From an uncultured Gammaproteobacteria bacterium (GTDB lineage: Bacteria; Patescibacteriota; Microgenomatia; Daviesbacterales; UBA10151), in contig CAYLXC010000004.1 of assembly GCA_964387865.1 (NCBI GenBank), positions 1 to 57,441 of the forward strand: a DNA stretch of 57,441 bases. Direction: 5' to 3'. Numbering within the stretch: position 1 is the stretch's first letter; each line of letters begins with the position of its first letter. The notes under the pieces were generated by a model. It did no database searches, was not told where the DNA came from, and saw only the letters and a list, made by a program, of their open reading frames with translations. Both the position numbers and the translations under genes were made by a program. Shown piece by piece: positions 26,081 to 35,429 of this stretch.

Positions 26081-26530
26081 ATGAAAACTTTAATTATTGT
26101 CCTTATCATCTCATCCTTCCTCCAATCTACTATTTTACCAATTGACCTTACTTTAATTATCTTAATATCCAGGGTTTTTACAAGGGGGGGGGAAGCAAAT
26201 CTCTACCTTGCATTTGGCTTTGGACTGATGGATAGTATTTTAAGTCTAAGTATATTGGGAGCAAAAAGCATAATTTATGTAGTTTTGGTTCAACTTGCTC
26301 AAATGTTGTCTAAATCAAGACTTTCAGGAAACGGTGTGTTTATTATTCCTATATCGTTTGTCTTACTGTCAATAAATCAGTTGGTAACTTCAGCAGTAAA
26401 TAATTATTCTATTCAACTTTTCCCAAAAATTTTTTTAGAAAGTATGATATCTTTGCCTGTTTTTTATATGGTTAGATTTTGGGAAGAAAGATTTATCGTT
26501 AAGAAAGAACTTAAATTGAGAGTCAGGTGA
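26081..26530 (+). CDS. mreD: rod shape-determining protein MreD
   Basis: Hydrophobic 149 aa protein (AFGFGLMDSIL) between mreC and mrdA. Confidence 0.7.
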   Translation: MKTLIIVLIISSFLQSTILPIDLTLIILISRVFTRGGEANLYLAFGFGLMDSILSLSILGAKSIIYVVLVQLAQMLSKSRLSGNGVFIIPISFVLLSINQLVTSAVNNYSIQLFPKIFLESMISLPVFYMVRFWEERFIVKKELKLRVR

Positions 26531-28410
26531 CTACAGTTATGGTAAAAAGAAAGAAACATTTAGGTTTGGGTTTTAGCGATGAAGTAACAAAAGCATCAGA
26601 TAAAGCCAATATTCTAAAAAGAATAATAGAGTATGAATGGAAAGATAGTCTCATACCCAATTTTGATCCCCACTTTGGAAAAGAGATTGTTAGAAGTCCA
26701 TGGAGAATTACTTCCCTTTTTATAATTTGCATAATCTTATTTTTTATTATTTTTGTAAGAATATTTCATCTGCAAATAGTTGAGGGAAAAATAAATAGGG
26801 AATTGGCAGATGGAAATCGCATCCAAATTAAGATTATTCATGCACCAAGAGGTGTAATTTTTGATAGAAATGGAAAAATTTTGGCATCAAATTCTCCGGC
26901 CTTCAGATTATTGGACCCCAAAACTAAAAAGGTAAGACTTATTAGTCGAGAACAAGCTTTAGAGCTTGAAGTAAAAAATGATCCCAAAGTCTCGGAATTA
27001 GAAATTGACCATGTCAGAACCTATCCTTTGGGCGAAACTTTAGCTCATGTAATAGGCTACGTTGGAGAAGTATCTGAGGAAGAGCTAAAAACGGAAGAAT
27101 TTAAGAATTATAAACTTGGAGATCGAATTGGGAAGATGGGAATAGAAGCACAATACGAAAAAATACTAAGGGGGGTTGATGGAGGAGAAATTATTGAAGT
27201 TGATTCATCTGGTAAAACCGTAAGGACTCTTAGAAAAAATGTTCCAATTCCCGGACAAAATGTTTATATAACAATTGATAGTGAGTTGCAGGAGAAAATT
27301 TATCAACTTACAAAGGATGCAATTTCAAAAGTAGATAGCTGCTGTGGTGTAGCTGTTGCTATGGATCCACAAAGCGGCCAAGTTTTAGCCCTGCTCTCTT
27401 TTCCCACCTTTGATCCAAATATTTTTACAAATGTAGAAAATGAAGGAGTAATTTCTGAAACTTTAACCAATCCTTCATCCCCCATCTTAAACAGGGTGAT
27501 AGGAGGTACTTATCCTCCGGGATCAACCTTTAAGATAGTTTCTGCTTTGGCTGGATTAACATCAGGAAAATTTGGTGAACACACAACTATACAAGATAAT
27601 GGGGTGATGTATATTGGACCTTTCAAATTTACCAACTGGTATTTTAATCAGTACGGAAAAACAGAGGGTCCGGTTGATTTGATAAAAGCTATAAAACGCT
27701 CAAATGATACTTATTTTTATAATGTAGGGCAAGCAGTTGGAGAAAAAGTTTTGGCCCAGTGGGCTAAAAAGTTAAATTTGGGAGAAATATTAGGTATTGA
27801 TTTGCCAGGAGAGTTAAGGGGACTTATTCCAGATAATGATTGGAAAATGGAAAATTATGGATTGCCCTGGTATCCTGGTGATACTTTACATATGGCAATA
27901 GGCCAAGGATTCGTACTTACCACACCTTTGCAGATATTGGGAATCACATCATATATTGCTTCAGATGGTACTATTTACAAACCGCACCTTTTACAAAAAA
28001 TAACAAAAGATACAAAAGATTCATTTGTATTTAAATCTCAGGTCATACATTCCGATTTGACTGATCCAAAATGGGTTAAACTTATAAAGAAGGGCTTGGA
28101 AGAAGTAACAAAGCAAGGGGGTACAGCCTGGCCTTTTTTTATTTTCCCCATCCCGACTGCAGGAAAAACCGGAACTGCAGAATATGGTGATCCAAAAGAC
28201 AGAACGCATGCCTGGTATACTTCTTATGCACCTGCAGAGAATCCCAGAATTGTTCTAACTATTTTAATAGAGGGTGGAGGGGAAGGATCATCTGTTGCAG
28301 CACCTGTTGCAAAAGAGGTTTATCGCTGGTATCTTTCAGAGGATAAAAATAATCTTATAAAAGATGTTTATACAAAAGCTACAGATTCAGGTAAGATTTT
28401 GGGGGAATAG
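26527..28410 (+). CDS. mrdA: penicillin-binding protein 2
   Basis: APRGVIFDRNG, YPPGSTFK (SxxK), RSNDTYFY (SxN), AGKTGTAE (KTG). Confidence 0.95.
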   Translation: MTTVMVKRKKHLGLGFSDEVTKASDKANILKRIIEYEWKDSLIPNFDPHFGKEIVRSPWRITSLFIICIILFFIIFVRIFHLQIVEGKINRELADGNRIQIKIIHAPRGVIFDRNGKILASNSPAFRLLDPKTKKVRLISREQALELEVKNDPKVSELEIDHVRTYPLGETLAHVIGYVGEVSEEELKTEEFKNYKLGDRIGKMGIEAQYEKILRGVDGGEIIEVDSSGKTVRTLRKNVPIPGQNVYITIDSELQEKIYQLTKDAISKVDSCCGVAVAMDPQSGQVLALLSFPTFDPNIFTNVENEGVISETLTNPSSPILNRVIGGTYPPGSTFKIVSALAGLTSGKFGEHTTIQDNGVMYIGPFKFTNWYFNQYGKTEGPVDLIKAIKRSNDTYFYNVGQAVGEKVLAQWAKKLNLGEILGIDLPGELRGLIPDNDWKMENYGLPWYPGDTLHMAIGQGFVLTTPLQILGITSYIASDGTIYKPHLLQKITKDTKDSFVFKSQVIHSDLTDPKWVKLIKKGLEEVTKQGGTAWPFFIFPIPTAGKTGTAEYGDPKDRTHAWYTSYAPAENPRIVLTILIEGGGEGSSVAAPVAKEVYRWYLSEDKNNLIKDVYTKATDSGKILGE

Positions 28411-28412
28411 TA

Positions 28413-29501
28413 ATGATTAAAAATATACCTTATCTTTTAGCGCTGCATTCTATAGTTGGTTTGGGGCCGGTGAGGCTTAAGGTTTTAATTGAGCATTTTA
28501 AAGATCCAAAAATTGCTTGGGAGGCAATATCCAAGGAACTTTTAAAAATAGGAATACCCAAAAATGTTGTTGATCTTTTGGTGGAAACACGAAATAATAT
28601 GGATCCCCAGACTTATGCTAATGATATCAGGGACGTAGGTATTAAATGGATAACTATATACGAAGAATCCTATCCCAACCTCCTGAAGCAAATTTATGAC
28701 CCGCCTATTGTTTTATATTACAAAGGCGTATTTCCAGTTGCTGGTGAAAAAGCCATAGCAGTTGTTGGAACAAGAAAAATGACAGGTTATGGAAAAATTG
28801 TGACAGACCAATTTACAAGGGAATTGGTTAATGCAGGATTAACAATCGTTTCAGGACTTGCCCGTGGGGTTGATAGTCAAGCTCATCTGAGTGCCCTTGA
28901 AGCAAATGGTAGAACTATTGCTATTTTAGGCGGAGGTTTAAATCAAATTTACCCTCCGGAAAATAGAGGATTGGCAGATAAAATTATCGATGGTCATGGT
29001 GCAATAATTTCTGAATTTCCTCCAGATTATCCCTCGCTTCCAGGTAACTTTCCTGCAAGAAATAGGATTATTTCAGGTCTTTCTTTGGCTGTTTTAGTAA
29101 CAGAGGCAGCAGAGGATTCAGGTTCTTTAATTACTGCAAGAGCTGCTGTGGAACAAGGCCGTGAAGTTTTTGCGGTACCAGGGCCAATAACATCTAATTT
29201 ATCAAAAGGTCCAATAGATTTAATCAAGGAAGGGGCAAAGCCTGTAACTGAAGTAGAGGAAATATTGGAAGAACTGGGAATAAGTAAAGTTAAAAGTTCA
29301 AAGTTAAAAATTCAAAGTGAAATAGAAGTATCTGAAAGTGAGAAGAAGATTTTGGATTGTTTGGAAAATGAGAATAGACATATTGATGAAATCTGTAGAA
29401 ATTTGAATTTATCAGCATCTCTTGTTTCAGCCAATTTATTAAAAATGGAAATTGCCGGATTAGTTCAAAACTTGGGAAGCGGTAACTATTGCAAAACATG
29501 A
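28413..29501 (+). CDS. dprA: DNA-processing protein DprA
   Basis: IAVVGTR, IVSGLARGVD, FPARNRIISGLS, GSLITA, VFAVPG; C-terminal winged helix. Confidence 0.97.
   Translation: MIKNIPYLLALHSIVGLGPVRLKVLIEHFKDPKIAWEAISKELLKIGIPKNVVDLLVETRNNMDPQTYANDIRDVGIKWITIYEESYPNLLKQIYDPPIVLYYKGVFPVAGEKAIAVVGTRKMTGYGKIVTDQFTRELVNAGLTIVSGLARGVDSQAHLSALEANGRTIAILGGGLNQIYPPENRGLADKIIDGHGAIISEFPPDYPSLPGNFPARNRIISGLSLAVLVTEAAEDSGSLITARAAVEQGREVFAVPGPITSNLSKGPIDLIKEGAKPVTEVEEILEELGISKVKSSKLKIQSEIEVSESEKKILDCLENENRHIDEICRNLNLSASLVSANLLKMEIAGLVQNLGSGNYCKT
29286..29318. repeat. heptamer array in the dprA interdomain linker
   Basis: AAAGTTA AAAGTTC AAAGTTA AAAATTC AAAGT, read as KVKSSKLKIQS. Confidence 0.75.
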
Positions 29502-29538
29502 TTGGTCATATACTAATTTTGTGAGATAATAATTTTAT

Positions 29539-29883
29539 ATGCCCAAGTATTTGCTTCTGATATTAATATTGACTATTATTCTTTTAACTGCTTCTATAAC
29601 TTTGCTTAAAAATACCAATTGGCTAAAAGCCGCATCCAAGAAGGAAATTGACACAGCCGTAAATCAGGCGAAGCTTTTATATAGTATTAAAAAAGGAGAA
29701 GATATATCGACAGGGCCTTGTTTATCAGATGCTTTAATGCCAAATTGGGTTTTAGATATTGCTCACAGTCCAAGGCAATCAATTGATGATTTGCCGGAGA
29801 ACCAGTGCCCTTCTTACAGGGAAGGAAGAAGTAAACATTTTGTTGAGTTAGATATAGATGGAAATTTAATTAGAGCAGAATGA
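29539..29883 (+). CDS. hypothetical exported protein with a Cys pair
   Basis: N-terminal TM, GPCLS...NQC...HFVELD. Confidence 0.75.
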   Translation: MPKYLLLILILTIILLTASITLLKNTNWLKAASKKEIDTAVNQAKLLYSIKKGEDISTGPCLSDALMPNWVLDIAHSPRQSIDDLPENQCPSYREGRSKHFVELDIDGNLIRAE

Positions 29884-29891
29884 CACGAAGT

Positions 29892-29958
29892 GTCATCCCG
29901 TACTTGATACGGGATCCATACAATTATTTATATAGATTCCTGCTTTCGCAGGAATGAC
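29892..29958. repeat. paired GTCAT-type REP-like element (two hairpins, inverted)
   Basis: GTCATCCCGTACTTGATACGGGATCC ... GATTCCTGCTTTCGCAGGAATGAC. Confidence 0.9.
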
Positions 29959-29969
29959 AAAAGTAAGCT

Positions 29970-32486
29970 ATGAAAAAATATCTGTCCATTCCTATTCATT
30001 TAATAGAATTCTGGTATCCGGAAGGCATTGAGTTTTTTGTAAGGACATGGAAAAATTTAATACTTTTCTTGGAAGAGGATTTGGCTGTTACCTTAATGTG
30101 GAAGTTAATTTTTGTTCCTCTTTTCCATGATTCCTCCATTGTCGGCAGAGTTTTAAGTTTCCTTTTTAGGCTTTTTAGAATTTTGACTGGACTTTTTGCT
30201 TTTTCTTTAGCATCAGTTGTACTTTTTGCAATTGCTATTTACTGGTTCTCACTACCTGTTTTAACAATTTTGGATGTTCCTCAATATCTATCAAGAATTT
30301 TAATTTTGGGGGGAATAGGATTATTTATAATTCATGTAACTTCACACCCTCACAAAAAAGTTTGGCAAATACAACTTGATAAAAATGCCTCCTTTTGGTC
30401 CGCATCCAGGTTAAAAAAAGAAGATGTAAACTTTGCCTATCTTTTAAAAGACAGAGAAGTATTGGATCTTATTTTACATTTAGAGTTTCAGAGTGAGTAT
30501 CTGCCTAAAATTATCATTCAAGATATTGATGAAGTGGGTCAAAAGGCCTACGAGCTTGCAAAAAATTGTGGCAGTGAATATTTAGGGCCAACGCATTTTT
30601 TTGTAGCTTCTTTAGAAGAAGTCCCAGGGATTGATAATATTCTTTTGAAACTTGACTTAAAATCCACTGATTTTGAGCAAGTTTTAAGGTATTTGGAGAA
30701 AAGAAAGCTAACATGGAGGAAAGTTTATATTTGGGATCATGATTTTACAATACGTCACCTTAAAGGTGTAAACAGAGGATGGCTTGGGGTTCCAACTCCT
30801 GCTTTGGATTTATTTAGTGAGGATTTAACAAAACAAGCAGCGTCTGTGGGATATCCAGACCTAATCAGAGAAAACACAATTGTCACGGAAGTTGTTAATA
30901 TTTTATCCCAACAAAGTGGCAGAAACGTTATCTTGGTAGGTCCTGCAGGATCTGGTAAATCCTCCCTTATAAAACATTTAGCAAAACAAATTGTTGCAGG
31001 TGATGCACCAGAGGCTTTGGCAACAAAAAGATTGGTACTTTTGGATTTAACAAAACTATTATCCGGAATTAAAACTCAAGGGGAGTTGGCAGAGCGGGTC
31101 AAAGATATTTTTCAAGAAGTTGCATTTGCCCAAAATGTAATTATTGTAATAGAGGAAATTCATGAGTTGGGAATGGGTGAGGTTGGATCATCATTTAATC
31201 TTTATTCTTTAATGGAGCAATATTTGGAGCAGGATGCATTTCAATTTGTTGGGACAACAGAGACGGAAAGTTACTCTAAAATTTTGGAAAAGAATGCATC
31301 TTTTGCAAGGATTTTTAGAAAAATAGAGCTCCCACCTGCAACATCATCTGATACATTAAATATTTTGGAGTATAGAGCAATTGAAGTTGAAAGAAAAAGT
31401 AAAGTTAAAGTTTCATTTGTTGCATTAAAGTTGTGCGTTGAGCTTTCGCAAAAGCATGTGCATGATAGAGTCTTGCCTGATTCTGCAATCTCAGTTTTTA
31501 AGGAAAGTTTGACTGAACCGATTAATGGGTGGGTAACAAAAGATGTTGTAAAAAAGGTAATCTCATCTAGGGTAAAAGTTCCTCTAATGGAGGTTGGAAC
31601 TGCTGACAAAAATAAACTGCTTAATTTGGAAGGGGAACTGCATGCAAGATTTATTGGACAGGAGCAGGCAGTAAAAGCAGTAGCGGATGCTTTAAGAAGA
31701 TCATCAACAGGTTTAAGAGAAGAAGATAGGCCTATTGGATCATTTTTATTTGTTGGACCAACAGGAGTTGGAAAAACAGAACTTGCAAAAACTTTATCAG
31801 AGATCTTTTTCAAAACACAGGGAGCATTTTTAAGGTTTGATATGTCTGAATATCAGAATCCGGAATCTGTGAGCCGGCTTATCGGTGGAGATGGAGAGGG
31901 CGGGCAACTGACAGAGGCAGTAAGACAAAAACCTTACTCGCTTTTGCTTCTGGATGAATTTGAAAAAGCCAATGAAAAAATCCTGACTTTGTTTTTGCAG
32001 GTTTTGGATGATGGACGGTTAACTGACGGGGCAGGAAGGACAGTCTTCTTTGATAATACAATAATAATTGCTACGTCAAATGTGGCTTCGCTCATAATTG
32101 CACAAGGTCTTCAGCAGGGAAAAAATTTGGAAATTATAGATAAAGAAGTTAATGATGGACTTTTGAGAACTTTTAAGCCGGAGCTTGTAAACAGATTTGA
32201 TGAGGTGGTTTTATTTAAACCATTAACGAATGAAGAGCTTCAAAAAATTGTCCAAATAAAACTTACAAATTTACAAAATCAGATGAAGGAAAAAGGATTT
32301 TTAGTGGAATTTGACAATCAATTAATTTCAGAACTTGCAAGAAGAGGCTTTGATCCAGTTCTGGGAGCAAGACCCTTAAGAAGATTAATTCAAGATACCC
32401 TGGAGGCAAAACTTTCAAGAATGATATTGGAAAATAAACTGGTTAAGGGAAATCCTTTCAAAGTTGGAGCTGATTTAATGGCATAA
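29970..32486 (+). CDS. ClpA/ClpB-family AAA+ ATPase with a membrane-spanning N-terminus
   Basis: Two Walker A motifs (GPAGSGKS; GPTGVGKTE), FDMSEY, LLLDEFEKA, FKPELVNRFD, GARPLRR; hydrophobic helices in residues ~55-125. Confidence 0.9.
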   Translation: MKKYLSIPIHLIEFWYPEGIEFFVRTWKNLILFLEEDLAVTLMWKLIFVPLFHDSSIVGRVLSFLFRLFRILTGLFAFSLASVVLFAIAIYWFSLPVLTILDVPQYLSRILILGGIGLFIIHVTSHPHKKVWQIQLDKNASFWSASRLKKEDVNFAYLLKDREVLDLILHLEFQSEYLPKIIIQDIDEVGQKAYELAKNCGSEYLGPTHFFVASLEEVPGIDNILLKLDLKSTDFEQVLRYLEKRKLTWRKVYIWDHDFTIRHLKGVNRGWLGVPTPALDLFSEDLTKQAASVGYPDLIRENTIVTEVVNILSQQSGRNVILVGPAGSGKSSLIKHLAKQIVAGDAPEALATKRLVLLDLTKLLSGIKTQGELAERVKDIFQEVAFAQNVIIVIEEIHELGMGEVGSSFNLYSLMEQYLEQDAFQFVGTTETESYSKILEKNASFARIFRKIELPPATSSDTLNILEYRAIEVERKSKVKVSFVALKLCVELSQKHVHDRVLPDSAISVFKESLTEPINGWVTKDVVKKVISSRVKVPLMEVGTADKNKLLNLEGELHARFIGQEQAVKAVADALRRSSTGLREEDRPIGSFLFVGPTGVGKTELAKTLSEIFFKTQGAFLRFDMSEYQNPESVSRLIGGDGEGGQLTEAVRQKPYSLLLLDEFEKANEKILTLFLQVLDDGRLTDGAGRTVFFDNTIIIATSNVASLIIAQGLQQGKNLEIIDKEVNDGLLRTFKPELVNRFDEVVLFKPLTNEELQKIVQIKLTNLQNQMKEKGFLVEFDNQLISELARRGFDPVLGARPLRRLIQDTLEAKLSRMILENKLVKGNPFKVGADLMA

Positions 32487-32558
32487 AATCGCTTATCAAC
32501 TCCAGATCAGCATCTGAGTTAATTTTCTAAACTTAAATTTGTTATTATTAGAAGACCC

Positions 32559-32930
32559 ATGAAAAAATTCCTTCCCATTCTATTGGTAATCCTCACACTT
32601 TTGGTAGTTCCTCAAGTATTTGCAGCTCCTTCTTTGGATGATGTAAATCAGAAAGTTTGCTTTCGTTTTGAGGAGGATTTGAATAAGATGGCGGCTATTA
32701 TGGAAGAGTTAAGAAGAAGGGAAGGGATAACGGAAACCAGAGTTGCTTTTGGAGGAGTGGATACCCCAATTAAGAGTGCCGATTATTGGATAACATATGC
32801 AGCGGAGGCTGTAGCTTTTCAAAAAGCTAAACAGTTTTCATCAAAAAATCCACTTCGTTCAAACCTGGAAGTGTTAAAAAATAAAGTTTTAAGGGCTAAG
32901 AATGAAGTGGGAAAGGCACTAGATGAGTAA
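32559..32930 (+). CDS. hypothetical secreted protein
   Basis: Signal peptide MKKFLPILLVILTLLVVPQVFA. Confidence 0.7.
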   Translation: MKKFLPILLVILTLLVVPQVFAAPSLDDVNQKVCFRFEEDLNKMAAIMEELRRREGITETRVAFGGVDTPIKSADYWITYAAEAVAFQKAKQFSSKNPLRSNLEVLKNKVLRAKNEVGKALDE

Positions 32931-33186
32931 AAAAATAATTTTTATGATATTTATAACTATTATAATCGTTATATTAACATTAGCCTTTTTAGTAAAGATT
33001 CCGGGAGGAAATCTTATTAGTCCTAACCTTCCATCAATTTTGAAAAAACCGATTCAAACCTCATCACCAATTCCCACTCCGATTCCATCCCCAACACCCA
33101 AGATTTTTAATTTTGATGCTTCAAGTGATTTAAAGGGAGAATTGGAAACTGTAAACCCTCAGGTTTTGGACTCTGATTTTGAGTAA
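32923..33186 (+). CDS. small hypothetical membrane-anchored protein
   Basis: N-terminal TM, (PT/PS)-rich linker. Confidence 0.7.
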   Translation: MSKKIIFMIFITIIIVILTLAFLVKIPGGNLISPNLPSILKKPIQTSSPIPTPIPSPTPKIFNFDASSDLKGELETVNPQVLDSDFE

Positions 33187-33234
33187 ACTGATTATCCCTT
33201 GACAACTAATATACAATTACCCCAGAGTAGAAAT

Positions 33235-35325
33235 ATGAATAATTTAGTAATTGTTGAATCCCCTACAAAGGCAAGGACACTTGCACGTTTTTTGGGTAAT
33301 GGTTATAAAATTGAGGCCTCAATGGGCCATGTGAGAGATTTGCCAAGATCTGATTTTGGGGTGGATATTGAGAAAGATTTTGAACCCCAATATGTAATCC
33401 CGCGTGATAAAAAGAAAATGGTAAATCGGCTAAAAAAAGAGGCTGAAGGTGCTGATACTCTTTGGCTGGCAACAGATCCTGACAGGGAGGGTGAAGCAAT
33501 AGCATGGCATATCTCCCAGATTATCGGAAGTCGGAAATCAGAAGTCGGAAAATCCGAAATCCGAAATCCGAAATCCGAAATTAGGCGTGTTGTATTCCAT
33601 GAAATAACAGAGGAAGCAATCAAAGAGGCTTTTAAAAACCCCCGTGTTATTGATCTAAAACTTGTTGATGCACAGCAGGCAAGAAGAGTTTTGGATAGGC
33701 TGGTTGGATACAAATTATCTCCCTTACTTTGGCAAAAGATTAAAAAAGGTTTATCTGCAGGTCGGGTTCAATCAGTTGCTTTAAGATTAATTGTTGAGAG
33801 AGAAAAAGAAATAAAGGCTTTCAAGACAGAGGAATATTGGCTTATTGAGGCTGAATTAGAGTCAAGAGTCAACCGTCGAGAGTCAAGATTTTTGGCAACT
33901 TTAATTGAGCAAAATGGGAAAAAGCTGGAGATTAAAAATAAGAAAGAAGCTGATGGACATGTTAAAAACTTAGAAAAGGCAGATTACATTGTTTCAAAAG
34001 TAACGCAAAAGGAAGTTAGAAGATATCCGTATCCTCCGTTTACCACCTCAACTTTGCAGCAAGCAGGTGCCAATAGATTAGGAATGTCTGCAAAAAAAAC
34101 TATGATGCTTGCTCAAAACTTATATGAAAGAGGACTTATAACTTATATGAGAACAGATTCTTTTAATTTATCTCAAAGCGCAATTTTGGGAGTTAGAGCA
34201 TACATTGCAAATTTTATTGGAAAATCATATTTACCAAATGCGCCGAGAATTTTTAAATCAAAATCTAGAAATGTTCAGGAAGCTCATGAGGCAATACGGG
34301 TAACAGATGTCGGACGTCAGCAATCGGATATCAGACAAGATAATGGATTAAATAGAGACCATGTAAGATTATATGATCTTATTTGGAAAAGATTTGTGGC
34401 ATGTCAGATGAGCGAGGCGGTTTTGGATCAGACTACTATTGATGTCCAAGCTCACCTCCGAGGTGAAGCTACGGAGACTCCTGGATCACACCTCGGAGGT
34501 GTTGGCTATTTGCTCAGAGCCACAGGTTCTGTTATTAAATTTGATGGCTGGTTGAAACTGTATGGTAAAGATATAGAAGATGTAGGAGAAGAAAAAAAGC
34601 AAGCACTACCTTCTCTCTCAGAGAACCAACAACTAAACCTAATCCAACTTTTGCCTTCTCAGCATTTCACAGAACCTCCACCGCGGTACACCGAAGCAAC
34701 CTTAATTAAAAAACTTGAGGAATTGGGGATTGGCAGGCCTTCCACTTATGCCCCAATTCTTTCGACAATCCAGGAGAGATTTTACGTTGAAAAATTGGAG
34801 CGAAAATTTATCCCAACCAGTTTAGGCCTTGCTGTTACAGATTTTTTGGTCAAGTATTTTCCAAATATTATCGATTATACATTTACAGCCCAAATGGAGG
34901 ATGAGCTGGATGAAATTTCAAGAGGAGAAAGGGAGTGGAAACCAACAATAAGGGAATTTTATGAGCCATTTGAAAAAAAGTTAGCAGAAACTTCAGAGGT
35001 GGCACAAAAAGTAAAGATGGAGTTGGAAAAGGTAGATAAAAAATGTCCTGTTTGCGGAAGGGATTTGGTTATAAGAATTGGTAGATTTGGGAAGTTTTTA
35101 GCATGCAGTGGTTTTCCGGAGTGTAAGCATACGGAAAGTTTGGAGGAAAAAATAAATGCCAAATGCCCGCAAGATGGTGGGGAAATAGTAATCAGAAAAA
35201 CAAGAAGAGGAAAAACTTTTTACGGCTGCAAAAACTGGCCAGTCTGTAAATTTGCATCATGGACCAAGCCAAAAGCTGAAAAACCAGAACCCGTCATTGC
35301 GAGCCCCGAAGGGGCGAAGCAGTGA
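33235..35325 (+). CDS. topA: DNA topoisomerase I
   Basis: NLVIVESPTK, LATDPDREGE, SAGRVQS, LITYMRTD, GIGRPSTY; C-terminal Zn ribbons; start ATG 33235. Confidence 0.98.
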   Translation: MNNLVIVESPTKARTLARFLGNGYKIEASMGHVRDLPRSDFGVDIEKDFEPQYVIPRDKKKMVNRLKKEAEGADTLWLATDPDREGEAIAWHISQIIGSRKSEVGKSEIRNPKSEIRRVVFHEITEEAIKEAFKNPRVIDLKLVDAQQARRVLDRLVGYKLSPLLWQKIKKGLSAGRVQSVALRLIVEREKEIKAFKTEEYWLIEAELESRVNRRESRFLATLIEQNGKKLEIKNKKEADGHVKNLEKADYIVSKVTQKEVRRYPYPPFTTSTLQQAGANRLGMSAKKTMMLAQNLYERGLITYMRTDSFNLSQSAILGVRAYIANFIGKSYLPNAPRIFKSKSRNVQEAHEAIRVTDVGRQQSDIRQDNGLNRDHVRLYDLIWKRFVACQMSEAVLDQTTIDVQAHLRGEATETPGSHLGGVGYLLRATGSVIKFDGWLKLYGKDIEDVGEEKKQALPSLSENQQLNLIQLLPSQHFTEPPPRYTEATLIKKLEELGIGRPSTYAPILSTIQERFYVEKLERKFIPTSLGLAVTDFLVKYFPNIIDYTFTAQMEDELDEISRGEREWKPTIREFYEPFEKKLAETSEVAQKVKMELEKVDKKCPVCGRDLVIRIGRFGKFLACSGFPECKHTESLEEKINAKCPQDGGEIVIRKTRRGKTFYGCKNWPVCKFASWTKPKAEKPEPVIASPEGAKQ
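33524..33582. repeat. inverted heptamer arrays inserted in frame in topA
   Basis: TCGGAAG TCGGAAA TCAGAAG TCGGAAA then (ATCCGAA)x4; read as GSRKSEVGKSEIRNPKSEI. Confidence 0.92.
33859..33888. repeat. heptamer array in topA
   Basis: GAGTCAA GAGTCAA CCGTCGA GAGTCAA, read as ESRVNRRESR. Confidence 0.75.
34308..34336. repeat. degenerate heptamer array in topA
   Basis: TGTCGGA CGTCAGC AATCGGA TATCAGA, read as VGRQQSDIR. Confidence 0.6.
34453..34501. repeat. 13-bp inverted repeat element inserted in frame in topA
   Basis: CACCTCCGAGGTG (34453-34465) and its exact reverse complement CACCTCGGAGGTG (34489-34501); read as HLRGEATETPGSHLGGV. Confidence 0.9.
35293..35323 (+). repeat. GTCAT-type REP-like element forming the topA C-terminus
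   Basis: GTCATTGCGAGCCCCGAAGGGGCGAAGCAGT, read as VIASPEGAKQ*. Confidence 0.75.
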
Positions 35326-35340
35326 CGCTCTTTTTTACCT

Positions 35341-35368
35341 TAATACATACTACTTGATACTTACTACT
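35341..35368. repeat. intergenic heptamer array
   Basis: TAATACA TACTACT TGATACT TACTACT; same motif family as the arrays in the ligase-like gene. Confidence 0.8.
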
Positions 35369-35429
35369 AATTTTGGTATTATTATGAGGGCCTCGAAAAT
35401 CTTCAAAATTTAGACGGAACCCCCATACG

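Noticed and set aside
31271-31813. Long antisense ORFs (e.g. 31271-31813, 33303-33713, 47150-47722, 56981-57340)
   Set aside because: They are shadows of well-supported genes on the opposite strand with no motifs of their own
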